Source: Gammaproteobacteria bacterium (lineage in GTDB: Bacteria; Pseudomonadota; Gammaproteobacteria; Eutrophobiales; Eutrophobiaceae). From it: 64,000 nucleotides of DNA. Numbering within the stretch: position 1 is the stretch's first letter; each line of letters starts with the position of its first letter. Location of the stretch: contig CAXMWX010000005.1 in assembly GCA_963422205.2 (NCBI GenBank), positions 224,001 to 288,000 on the forward strand, read 5' to 3'. Positions 51,412 through 60,734 of this stretch are shown piece by piece. The notes under the pieces were generated by a model. That model was not told the DNA's origin. It saw only the letters and a program-made list of their open reading frames with translations, and made no database searches. Position numbers and translations under genes: made by a program.

Positions 51412-52713
51412 GTGATGATTGAAGAGAAGTCCCTGGATGAATTGCTTTCGGGGTTTTTAGAACAGTCCTCAGATGAGATAAAAGGATTGATTTATACCAC
51501 TACTCAAGATGCCCGCCCAAAACATATTGGCAGGTTTAAATATGACAATGAGACAGACACGCTTAGTCTTTCCATCTCAGAGAGCGGGTTTATTGTTAAT
51601 ATAAAGGGCATGCCGCTAGGTGATACTCCTGATGAGTATCAATATGAATTGATCAATCCGTCTCCTTTTCAGTTGGAGTCGTTGTTCAATGTACCATCGG
51701 GTTACCTGGCACAAGTGCTTGCCAAAAGATATCCTGAAGAATTAACACCCAATGCCAAACAATGGACTTCTCAGGAAATATTAAAAGCGATGTTGTTTGC
51801 TGGCAATGACTTGTCAGGTGGCGTGATGTTTTTTGAAAATGAACGGGAAATGCAAAACGCGTTTAATCAACCCTTTGATAAAGAGGCGTCGTATCACATT
51901 GGCGAGGGTGAACTCAACCGGATTAAAGTCATACAGATGCAATATCAGAACCTGTCGGCATCAAGGAAAAGTAATCTTGGCGGGGCTAAACCGAAATTCC
52001 TGGCCAGTAGAATTCATGCAGATGGCACGTATGATAACGTAATGATTAAGTACAGCACGCCGGATGATCCATTATTTGATGAGGTATCCAGGCAGTTAGT
52101 ATTGGAACATGCCTGTCTTAAGGCATTACGTTTAAATGGTATCAGCGCAGTTGACGCAAGATTGATAAGGGACGATGTAACGGGGCAGGTTTTTTTCGAG
52201 TCTGTAAGAGCTGTTCGAAGTCTACGCAATAGTCCCGATCAGCACCCGGCTGTTAATCATTGGATATCGGCGCAGGCATGGCATACCACAAGAGGTGGTG
52301 TCTCCAGCGACCCCGTATATATTATTGTCAGGCAATTACACGCAAACAGGCGAAGTAATGCTACAACGAATGACGATGGAGAACTGGACTATCGTCCACA
52401 AGACACACAGGCGATTCATGATTTTATCACTCTGGCGGCATTTAATTATTTGGTTGGGAACTCGGATTTGCATGGTGGTAATCTGTCCTTGCAGCATCAG
52501 GGGATTGATAAAAATGGCGAGGTTATCATCGGCCATTCCCCAGCCTATGATATAGAGCCATATATGCTGAGAATCAATGAACCCGTGCCTAAATGGGCTA
52601 AAAACAAAAATATGAAAGACATTCAGCCCTCCGATCTCCCACATGGGGCATTACTTTTCAATAAGAACCCGGCAGACTTTGAACGGGCAAAAAAATACGG
52701 GGTGATATGCTGA
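51412..52713 (+). CDS. HipA-family (YjjJ-like) kinase; extreme C-terminus probably frameshifted
   Basis: PSGYL, LGGAKPKF, IKYS, LEH..L, FNYLVGNSDLHGGNLS, SPAYD. Confidence 0.85.
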   Translation: MMIEEKSLDELLSGFLEQSSDEIKGLIYTTTQDARPKHIGRFKYDNETDTLSLSISESGFIVNIKGMPLGDTPDEYQYELINPSPFQLESLFNVPSGYLAQVLAKRYPEELTPNAKQWTSQEILKAMLFAGNDLSGGVMFFENEREMQNAFNQPFDKEASYHIGEGELNRIKVIQMQYQNLSASRKSNLGGAKPKFLASRIHADGTYDNVMIKYSTPDDPLFDEVSRQLVLEHACLKALRLNGISAVDARLIRDDVTGQVFFESVRAVRSLRNSPDQHPAVNHWISAQAWHTTRGGVSSDPVYIIVRQLHANRRSNATTNDDGELDYRPQDTQAIHDFITLAAFNYLVGNSDLHGGNLSLQHQGIDKNGEVIIGHSPAYDIEPYMLRINEPVPKWAKNKNMKDIQPSDLPHGALLFNKNPADFERAKKYGVIC

Positions 52714-52997
52714 ATATTGTGAAAGAACTGGCAAGCGACCACTACCTGGGGCATCAGGATATGCAGAAGATAAATCAATTTTTTTCAGGATGCGGTAACG
52801 CGCCAGCATTATCGCGAGAAGCCGAGGCATTACACGGCATGGAAATGTAACACTGGCATTCATGCCTCTGGTGAGGGAGCCAGGCTACGGAGTAAAGACG
52901 GTTGAAGCCACATTGAGGGCTGGGCATGTGATAAACAACTTATACGCCTTCTGTTACCCCCGCATAACATCTGAAACTGTTGAGATGAAGGCAAATC

Positions 52998-53615
52998 TCA
53001 CATCCCCGGCCCGGTTTCCGGCTCAAGGGTTGGCTTGGGAGATGGGTTATCCGGCCACAGCGCACTGAGCGGGAAAGTAATCGCATCGAACGGCGGGACT
53101 GAGACTGACGCATCGCCAGCGAGCGAGGCGTTCAAAACCCAATGTTCATCTTTGAGTTGGAAGGCTTCCAGGGTGCGGGCATCAGGATCGACAAACCACA
53201 GATAGTCTACCCCCTCACGGGCATAGATGTCGCGCTTGTCGGTCAAATCGAGCTGGCGGGTGGATGGCGATAACACCTCGCAAACCCAGTCCGGGGCAAG
53301 TTCAAAGAAGGCGGCATTTGGGAGGCTGGGCATAGTCTCGCGTCGCCAACCGGCCAAGTCCGGCACCAGAATGTCCTCGCCCAGGTGCAGCTCCGGCTCA
53401 TCAATAATCCACCAGCCTCCCGGGCCGCCATCACCATATCCAAAGGGCGGTGAAATTTTAGCGCCTATCCCGGAACTCGCCCAGGCATGAGGTATAGCGG
53501 GGCGGGGCTGCATCCTAAGCACGCCATAGATGACTTCTGCCACCTTGTGAGGCGGCGCATCCAGCACATCCTGGTAGGTGGCCTTAGCCTGGGTTTTGCG
53601 TGCGGAGGTAATCAT
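52998..53615 (-). CDS. Uma2 (DUF820) family endonuclease
   Basis: ATY.D...P, EPEL.L...LVPDLAGWR, APDWVCEVLSPST..D...K..YA..GV..LW.VDP. Confidence 0.93.
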   Translation of the reverse strand: MITSARKTQAKATYQDVLDAPPHKVAEVIYGVLRMQPRPAIPHAWASSGIGAKISPPFGYGDGGPGGWWIIDEPELHLGEDILVPDLAGWRRETMPSLPNAAFFELAPDWVCEVLSPSTRQLDLTDKRDIYAREGVDYLWFVDPDARTLEAFQLKDEHWVLNASLAGDASVSVPPFDAITFPLSALWPDNPSPKPTLEPETGPGM

Positions 53616-53757
53616 CTAAATCAGTTTAGCATAGCATATCGGCATTTGTAGCGTTCCTCATAAAGCCAGTAAAACGGGTTTGAAACTGGCTTTTATTACA
53701 AGTAACATTTTGTTTGCTTTATCTTTTACTTGGATTGCTGGAAATGGCACAGATAAC

Positions 53758-54151
53758 ATGAAGTTGATTGAAAACGTCATATCCGAGCGCATGATTGATG
53801 AATAGATTGACTACGGGTTTGGATGAGGCTGGCTTTACTGCATCACTTGATGATGATTTTCCGCAACACCTGACACGGGATGATGAGCAAAAGCTGCTGG
53901 ATTTATGTGCTTCACGTTCCTTGGAGATAAGGTCTTGGGCGAAGATGGGCTCACCTTGCTTTATGGCGGGGGTGGCCGTGATGCTCGCTAGTGTTGCTGG
54001 GTTCGACCGCTGTAGTTTGTTGGCCTTGGCAGAGCGGCTCTATCCCGGGGCCAGCCAACCGGCAACATTTGCTCGCTGGTTAAAACATAGCCCGCTTCAA
54101 CCTTCGCGCTTCCTGGCGATGTTGGATAGAGAACTTGCCCATGCGCCCTGA
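53758..54151 (+). pseudogene. hypothetical protein (partner of the nucleotidyltransferase), broken at the N-terminus
   Basis: ATG 53758 hits an early TAG; the body continues in ORF 53795-54151, overlapping the next gene. Confidence 0.5.
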
Positions 54152-54413
54152 AGCCAAAGCACAAATGGAATATGTCGTTGCTTTCAGGGAAATCGCTGGG
54201 CGTATTGCCAAATCATTCAGCGGGGTAGCGGAGCAGGTATTGCCCATCAAAATGTATGTCGCTGGCGGGGCTGCGCTGCATTTTTATACCGGTGAACGTA
54301 TATCCAGGGATATTGATGCCAGCTTCTCGCACCGGATAATCCTGCCGGATGATCTGGAAGTCAGCTATCGTGCTGCCGATGGTGCCGCCCGTTTGTTGTA
54401 TTTCGACCGCTAG
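54141..54413 (+). pseudogene. DUF6036-like nucleotidyltransferase, truncated
   Basis: MYVAGGAA..FY...R.S.DID motif; TAG after LLYFDR and the rest is missing. Confidence 0.75.
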
Positions 54414-54432
54414 TATAAGGATAATACATTGA

Positions 54433-55326
54433 TTATCCCCACTGCATTGCTGTTCGAAGTGGGGTTTTAATCGACAGGAGCAACCGATGATGATCTGTGC
54501 GCCGTAAAGGAATGGATAATGCTGTGCTATGAAGAGAGTCCGCAAGGTGTTTTAGAATACGTGATAGCGGTGATAAATTTCTTGTTGTTTTTAATATTTG
54601 AACCATGCCTTTATGCACATCAAGGGCATTTAATTTAATGAATTTCTCTCTTAATGCGGCATACATCTCAGTGTTTGGGACATCAGGAACAGGGATATTC
54701 ATCAATTTTAGAATTCTTATCGCTTCATTCATACGGAGAGAATCGTATATGACTGCCGGAGAGATTCTGTCTGGTCGCTCCGATGCTGCCCTCAATGTGG
54801 AAATTTGATGCCTTGCTGACAGTTTGAGTATGCCAACATCTTCGGACACAATAGAGCGTACGCTGCCCTCATGATTTTCCCCTGCAATAACGCAAACATT
54901 AGCAAAAAATTGCTTGTAAGTTTCAATTTGTTGTTCAAGACGGGAAAGTGAGTCCCGTTCAGATTTGATCTCATAAGCTGTCGCTGTTCCATTGATGATT
55001 GCCAAATCTACTTTACACTCACCCACACGAAACTCATTGAGCATTGTAGCTGTTTGCAGCGAATGCCTTCCAAGAAGTACGCGCTGCGTCAGTGCAGCTT
55101 TATAAACATACTCATGGCGGCATTCGGTTCTCTTCAAAACATCAAAGGCGGCACCAAAGAAATGAAACACATTCTGCTTCAGGTCATCAGGCTTAAAGAC
55201 ACCCAGTGCTTCCTTGGCCAGTCGTGCAAATAGTGGTGATTTACCACGACCGGTCAATTCTCTCATCACGCTTGAAGAGAATAGGCGGGATATAGCTGAT
55301 ATTTGATTTGGTGAGAGCATATTCAA
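54433..55326 (-). CDS. sce7726-family protein (PD-(D/E)xK-like)
   Basis: EYVYK, LLG.HSL.TA.ML.EFRVG..K.DL..ING...YEIKSERDSL.RL..Q..Y. Confidence 0.85.
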   Translation of the reverse strand: MNMLSPNQISAISRLFSSSVMRELTGRGKSPLFARLAKEALGVFKPDDLKQNVFHFFGAAFDVLKRTECRHEYVYKAALTQRVLLGRHSLQTATMLNEFRVGECKVDLAIINGTATAYEIKSERDSLSRLEQQIETYKQFFANVCVIAGENHEGSVRSIVSEDVGILKLSARHQISTLRAASERPDRISPAVIYDSLRMNEAIRILKLMNIPVPDVPNTEMYAALREKFIKLNALDVHKGMVQILKTTRNLSPLSRILKHLADSLHSTALSIPLRRTDHHRLLLSIKTPLRTAMQWG

Positions 55327-55474
55327 CTACATCCTGTTTTCTTCACGGCATCTTAATGGAATTTTTTTGCCAGATAAACTAAAATCGGTTGAATTGAAAT
55401 CCTGATCTGCTAAAAATAAACTGCTGACTGGCAAAGCTGCAATGGATTAGTCGATCTCGGTGTGCTACAGGCCA

Positions 55475-55996
55475 TTATAACTTATTCTTAGCCACACGTT
55501 TCTCAACCCCATGCCGGGTTCTGACCTCGATCTCCTGTTCCATGAAGGCCATGAGCTTATCCAAAATCACCTTTCGCTCGGCCTTGTTTTTGCCCTGCTT
55601 GAGCGCCTGCTGCACCACGTAAGCCCAGCGATACACCGTGGGATACGGGGTCTTGAACTGGGCAAACCATTCAGTCACTTGCGGGTAGGAGCGCCCTAAC
55701 AGCCGCACCAGATCATACTTGCCGAAGGTCTTGTCCACGTGCCTGTGAATATACGCCAGCAACTCGGTGGGGTGCGGGAAGCGGGGCAGAAAATACGCCT
55801 CTGGATGTTCGTACAGGTACCGTGTCAGGGCGCTGGTCGCCAAGTCCTTGATGGCATTTTTATCATTGGCAGGGGCAATCATGTTCGGGATATTCAAGCC
55901 CAGCAGGAAGACAAGATCGCGCTGCCGCAGATCTTCTATATCGGCCAGGGCACGGGCATGACCGTAAGTGACCGGCTTATCAGATTCAGGTTTCAT
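55475..55996 (-). CDS. hypothetical protein, possibly HTH DNA-binding
   Basis: Intact ORF, ATG 55996 with GAGAGA RBS; DLVRLLGRSYPQVTEWF resembles an HTH. Confidence 0.6.
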   Translation of the reverse strand: MKPESDKPVTYGHARALADIEDLRQRDLVFLLGLNIPNMIAPANDKNAIKDLATSALTRYLYEHPEAYFLPRFPHPTELLAYIHRHVDKTFGKYDLVRLLGRSYPQVTEWFAQFKTPYPTVYRWAYVVQQALKQGKNKAERKVILDKLMAFMEQEIEVRTRHGVEKRVAKNKL

Positions 55997-56087
55997 TATC
56001 TCTCTCGTTGTGTATTTAGTATCTGGTATGATTATATACACTATGTGATATAATGCTACTGCATAGACATCACGTACAAGCCAAACC

Positions 56088-56660
56088 ATGTCCATCTCCA
56101 CCCTAAGCGGCTATTATAGCTACCGCCATCGTGTCCCGGCCAGGGTCAAGTTGAAATCCATCATCACCTCGCCCGCCCCGCCACGGAGCGGGATTACCCT
56201 GGGCTGTCTTGAAACCCAGCGTGCCCTGATCAGCCGGGTCTATCGGCGTGAGCAGGCAAAAGGCCGGCAGCTTGTTCGTATTGAGGTCAAACTGGAATTG
56301 GGCGAGATGCAGAACCTGGCACGTCCTGACCTGTCGGATTTGCCCCACCTGACCCTGCTGCATTTGGCCTTTATCAAAAAACGCCTGCGGGAGTCTATTG
56401 CGGATTACCTGATCGCCTATCAGCGAGGAGGCCGAGGCAAGCAGGTCTATGCCGACCCCAGAGAGGCGGTCAAATACCAGCCGGGCTTGTTGGATAAACT
56501 GCTACGGGAGCCCGCCTTCTCTCATGTCCGCATGGTGATCTGGCAGCCTGAATCTGTGGAGGGCGATATGCCCGGGCCTATCCAGGTGGCCACGCTGTTC
56601 AATACCCGCCATATCGTCAGCGCCACGGCCGTGAATAGGAAAACGAAGGTGGTGTATTGA
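56088..56660 (+). CDS. hypothetical protein
   Basis: Intact 190-aa ORF divergent from the 55996 gene; TATAAT in the gap. Confidence 0.65.
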   Translation: MSISTLSGYYSYRHRVPARVKLKSIITSPAPPRSGITLGCLETQRALISRVYRREQAKGRQLVRIEVKLELGEMQNLARPDLSDLPHLTLLHLAFIKKRLRESIADYLIAYQRGGRGKQVYADPREAVKYQPGLLDKLLREPAFSHVRMVIWQPESVEGDMPGPIQVATLFNTRHIVSATAVNRKTKVVY

Positions 56661-56796
56661 GCTGGTTTCTGAACTGGGACCGCTTCCGAGCACCAAAGCT
56701 ACCACAGCCCCGACAAGGGCAGCGCTGAGGGCAATCAGGTAGGACGTATGTACAAGTTCAAAAACCTATTGCCCTATTCGTAAGAGAGAGAACGAG

Positions 56797-57764
56797 AGCA
56801 CTATCAGCATATAGGGTATCGAATAAAAGGCTTTTATCGCACGGGCAGCCATGCAATAAGGGCGGACATGAATAATCAAATCGCCGCACAGCGTCCCTGC
56901 TTGCGTGCTGCGTGCAGGCAAGTCAGTGTGCTTAGATTCTGGGACAAGCATGGCCTGACCCGCCCTTGACCACAGTGGCAGTGGTTCGACAAGCTCACCC
57001 ACCAGAGCCGCCGTACCCTGTATGCCTGGCGCAAAGCCTACCGCGAGTGGGGACTGTCTGGCTTGTGTCCGACCCCCAAAGCACCGAAGCGCACTCGCCG
57101 CTGACCACAAGCGGTTATCCAGCAGATACGCCAACGGCGCCAAGACCTGCCCAATCTGGATAAAGAGCAGTGTCAGGTACTGCTCAGATCCTGGTGTCAG
57201 GCCAGGGGATTGCCCTGTCCCAGTACTTCGACCATTGGCCGCCCTGTCTGTGCGGGTACGCAGACGGGCTGATTGCCGATACCCCCGACAAGAGGCGAAT
57301 CTCACCCCCGGCCTTGAGCCCGAAGGGGAAAGCCAAAGCCTATCGAAGAACCCCCGTCACACGCCGCCCTAAAGGCTATCGCCCCAGCCAGATTGGCGAG
57401 TGTGTGGGACTGGACGCCATCGAGCGGCGTAGGCAGGTGGCCGGGGGGTATCTCCTCACCTCTATTGACGAAGCCAGTGGCTATGCCTTAGTCCTGGCGG
57501 TGCCGAAACGGAACAGCCGGGCAGCCAGAGACTTCTCTGAAAAGGCCCTCTCCCTGACCCCCTTCCCCATCCAGCAGGTGATTACCGACAGTGGCGTTAC
57601 GTTCAAGGGCGCGTTTGACCAACGGCTCAATGATAGTCAGATCCTGCATCTATACACCTATCCCAAAACCCCCAAAATGAATGCCGTGGCTGGTGAGCTT
57701 GTCGAACCATCTGTGAGCGTTCTAATCGCACCATGGTTGGTGAGCCTGTCGAACCCTATCCAGT
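56797..57764 (+). mobile_element. IS481-like transposase pseudogene
   Basis: FWDKHGL, SRRTLYAWRK (HTH); GECVGLD, TSIDEAS, ITDSG..F, YTYPKTPKMNA..CERF.NRT (DDE core); several frameshifts. Confidence 0.8.
56982..57755. repeat. three REP-like GGTGAGCYTGTCGAACC units (56982-56999 minus; 57692-57709 and 57739-57755 plus)
   Basis: First two copies are a perfect 18-bp inverted match; the third has 1 mismatch. Confidence 0.85.
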
Positions 57765-57873
57765 ACAACAAAAAGGGCAATAGGGGGTGGACTTATACAG
57801 ACTATACGCCAACAGATTTTGATCTATACTATTGTAGAGGCATATCACCTTTTGTAAATTGAAGAGGCATACA

Positions 57874-58642
57874 ATGAGAAGCTGGAATAGGTTATATTTA
57901 ACTCTGATTTTGCTGTTTTCACTGCCTGCACATGCAGACAAGGACATCTCTGGTTCTTTCAGCACGGCTAAAAGGTGGGCCGAGAAACACATCTACCACG
58001 ATAAACGACTCTCATTTTATTGTGGCTGTTCCTACACCGCAAATAAGGATGTTGACCAAACCTCTTGTGGATACACTCCAAGGAAGCCGTTTACCAGTAC
58101 TGGTAAGGAAAATACCAGAGATAACCGTATAGAATGGGAGCATGTTTTGCCAGCATCGCTAATGGGTAATCACTTAGCCTGCTGGGGAGCCGACAGAGGT
58201 AAATTCTCTCAATGTGTTAAATCCGACGGTAAACTTTACTCAGGTCGGAAATGTTGCCAGAGAGTGAATGACGTATTCAGAAAAGCGCATAATGATTTGG
58301 TGAATCTAGTGCCTGCGATTGGCGAGGTCAATGGTGACCGTTTCAATCACCGCTATGGAATAGTCCCTGGCGAGCCCCGCAAATATGGTCAGTGTGATTT
58401 TGAGTTCGAAGATAATGTCGCTGAGCCAGCGGCGAGTATCCGAGGAGATATAGCCAGGATGCAGATCTATATGTTGGAGACTTACGGGCCTGAGCTAGGG
58501 TTTTACGTTTGAGTCTGGACGGCTCCAAATGCTTAAAGAATGGGCTAAAAGTGATCCAGTGTCGGAGTGGGAAATAAAATGAAACCAACGGATATGTGAC
58601 AAACAGGGCACTGCGAATAACCAAATCAGTCAATGTAACTAA
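57874..58642 (+). pseudogene. endonuclease I (EndA/Dns family), frameshift near 58505 and TGA at 58580
   Basis: Signal peptide, SFS.AK, FYCGC, RIEWEHV.PAS, DL.NL.PAIGEVNGDR.N, RGDIAR, DPVS.WE. Confidence 0.88.
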
Positions 58643-58737
58643 GCAGGAGGAGACAGAGATTTGTGCCATTTGACTAGCTTGCGGGCGGTATGGGCAGGTT
58701 TAGCGCGCATTGATGTCTACGGGCTAATCAAATAAAT

Positions 58738-59076
58738 CTAACCAAATGTTGCCTCGATTTCTGAACGATAAAGAGAGAGAAAGCTATCTTCTTGAACCTT
58801 ACCAAATATTAACCATTCAATCATGTCATCCATAATCGACATGGCATCTTCGCTTAAATAATATTCTGTCATTGAATAAGAATTATAATGTGCGCCTATA
58901 GGCCGGATATGATCAAACCGAAGTATGGACTCATCTACGCCTGTCACAGGCAGTTTATCCCAGAAAAATTGTGGATACTCACAGTGACGGATAGCCTCCA
59001 CAAACTTGGGATTGTATCCAGCCCGACGGTTATTGTGTTCGGCACCATAGTAGGGCCGGCAATATCCTATAACCAC
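58738..59076 (-). pseudogene. probable C-terminal fragment of the partner (putative toxin) of the upstream Panacea-like gene
   Basis: Overlaps the upstream stop; PYYG...R, YPQFFWD.LP, ESILRFDHI.P; looks N-terminally shortened. Confidence 0.4.
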
Positions 59077-59775
59077 TTCACGCCTTCAACAAACATCTCA
59101 TCATCATAGATCTTCTTTCGTACAGGATTGGTACGTCTTGGTTTTCCTCCGCTTTGTTGCCTTTGCTGTCGGTATTGATTACCCAAACTACGCATTTTTT
59201 CAGCCAGGCGTTTTTTCTTTTTGTTTGAGAGCTGTTCATATTTAGTTAGTAGCGGCTCTTCTTGTATTTGTTCCGCTGGCATAGCTAAAGTAAAATTCAA
59301 GGGCTGCCGGGTGGGCAGAAAGCATGGGTGGAGTCCTATAGACATGATCTAAAAGAGATGGTGCGTCTTTGCCAAATTGATGTACACAGTGCCTAATAGC
59401 AGATGAAACCACTAAGGGAAGTTGGTACTCAATCTCTTCGAGTTTTCTTTCGTCCCTTAACCTCCAACGATACCATTCCCCCTCCTCTTCATATTCGCTT
59501 TCGAGGGTGTTCTTGGTCGCATTTATGTGTATAAGCGCAGGTTCAATTCTGTTATGTACTTCTACCGACCAAGGGCCAAATGTGTGAAACTTCCATGGCG
59601 TTCCCGTATAGGTTTGCCCCTGGTTTCCTTCAGCATGAGCCAAATCTGCCAGATAAACATATTTTAATAAATGGATAGGTCCGAGTTCTCCATCATGGTA
59701 GTCATCCTCTTCTCCAGCCATCAACAAGGCACACTGGATAAGTAAATCCACTTTCTGCAGATCAATTTGCATCAT
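59067..59775 (-). pseudogene. Panacea/SocA-like (DUF4065) protein, frameshifted near 59300
   Basis: LGPIHLLKYVYLADL.H......TG..W.F..FGP.S..V; L...VY.T.PM; continues in ORF 59067-59345. Confidence 0.65.
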
Positions 59776-59836
59776 AAGAATTGTATCAGGTCAAGTTGGC
59801 AAAGATTAGCATATTTGCTATGTCGTCCCGCAACCA

Positions 59837-60634
59837 TCACCCCAGCCGTTCAGCGATCTCGGTCGGCGTCGGATTATAATAAATCATCAACGAGCGAGGG
59901 TCACGATGCCCCACCATCTTGGCCAAGTCCAGAACATCCAGCTTCCTTGCTAACCGGGTCAAGGCTTCATGCCGGCTGTCATGGAAGGTCAGATTCTCAA
60001 TACCCGCCAACCTGACCGCTTTGCGAAAATAAATGGCACCGCTTTCCTGGGGTACAGAGAACACATTGCCCGATTTTTTAGGTTCCATTGCCTGCAGTAA
60101 TGCTATCGCCGTGCTGGATAAGGGGACATGACGACTGCTGCCGTTCTTGGTGTCATGCAGGGTAAGGTAGCGGCCAGCAAAATCAATATCCGACCAGTCC
60201 AATCCCCATATCTCGCCTTGACGCATGGCTGTCTCCAGGGCAAGCAAAAACGCATAACCGGTCTGCTTTCGGGCTGTCAGGCCGCCATCCTCATCAAAAT
60301 ATAACGCCTGTAGTAGCTTGTCGATCTCAACCTTGGATATGCGCCGCTCCTTGGGCGGCGTAGCCTTCGGGCGCTTGCATTCCTTACAGGGATTGACCTT
60401 ACATCCATTTCCACTTGACACAGTGGGTGAAAATGGAAGACAAGAGATTCAAGTCACGGTTGATTGTGCTGGCCGAAGTCGTTTGTTCAGCAATCCATCG
60501 GTCAATATCCGCCGTGGTCAACTGCTCCAACATGACATCAGCCAAGGGGTCACGCCGGTGTTTGTTGATGCGTATCCTGTCCCAGCGCTCGCCTTTCCTG
60601 TCACTGGACACGCCAGCTTCATAGCGGTATAGCC
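59837..60634 (-). pseudogene. tyrosine integrase, N-terminally deleted and frameshifted at ~60401
   Basis: LETAMRQGEI, TKNG..R.VPLS, FHDSRHEA, GHRD....YY; the upstream part (STINRDLNLLS..F...WKW) is in another frame. Confidence 0.92.
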
Positions 60635-60655
60635 ATTGGTGCCGATGGCCGGACT
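60635..60655. repeat. island attachment site (tRNA-proximal copy)
   Basis: Identical to 31973-31993; overlaps the tRNA 3' end. Confidence 0.95.
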
Positions 60656-60721
60656 CGAACCGGCACGCCGTCAGGCACTACCCCCTCAAGATAGCGTGTC
60701 TACCAATTCCACCACATCGGC
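60637..60721 (-). tRNA. tRNA-Leu (anticodon GAG)
   Basis: GCCGATG acceptor stem, TGGTAGA D-loop, CTATC-TTGAGGG-GGTAG anticodon arm, long variable arm, GGTTCGAGTCC, CCA end; follows secG. Confidence 0.97.
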
Positions 60722-60734
60722 GTTGTGAATTAAT

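Larger units (their letters stand above)
31973..60655. mobile_element. ~28.7 kb decaying integrative element in tRNA-Leu (phage-like early genes + type IVB conjugation remnants + cargo)
   Basis: Bounded by a 21-bp direct repeat; tyrosine integrase remnant next to the tRNA; lower GC by eye; many pseudogenes. Confidence 0.93.

Noticed and set aside
39167-58582. Stop-codon recoding in the island (in-frame TAG at 41143, 44941, 45877, 49148, 54411; TGA at 39167, 58580; TAA at 47532)
   Set aside because: All three stop types occur. The expected residues differ (Trp at 44941 and 39167, probably Gln at 54411, Arg at 58580), and each is one C>T or G>A transition from a sense codon. Frameshifts co-occur and no suppressor tRNA is present. 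Ordinary decay explains it.
31994-60634. Complete inducible prophage or classical PICI/P4 satellite
   Set aside because: No structural, packaging or lysis genes and no primase-helicase or capsid-size genes are recognisable; int and rep are broken.
33749-60634. Frameshifts as sequencing error
   Set aside because: Flanking core genes contain no indels, and the island also has substitution stops and large deletions. Individual homopolymer indels cannot be excluded without reads.
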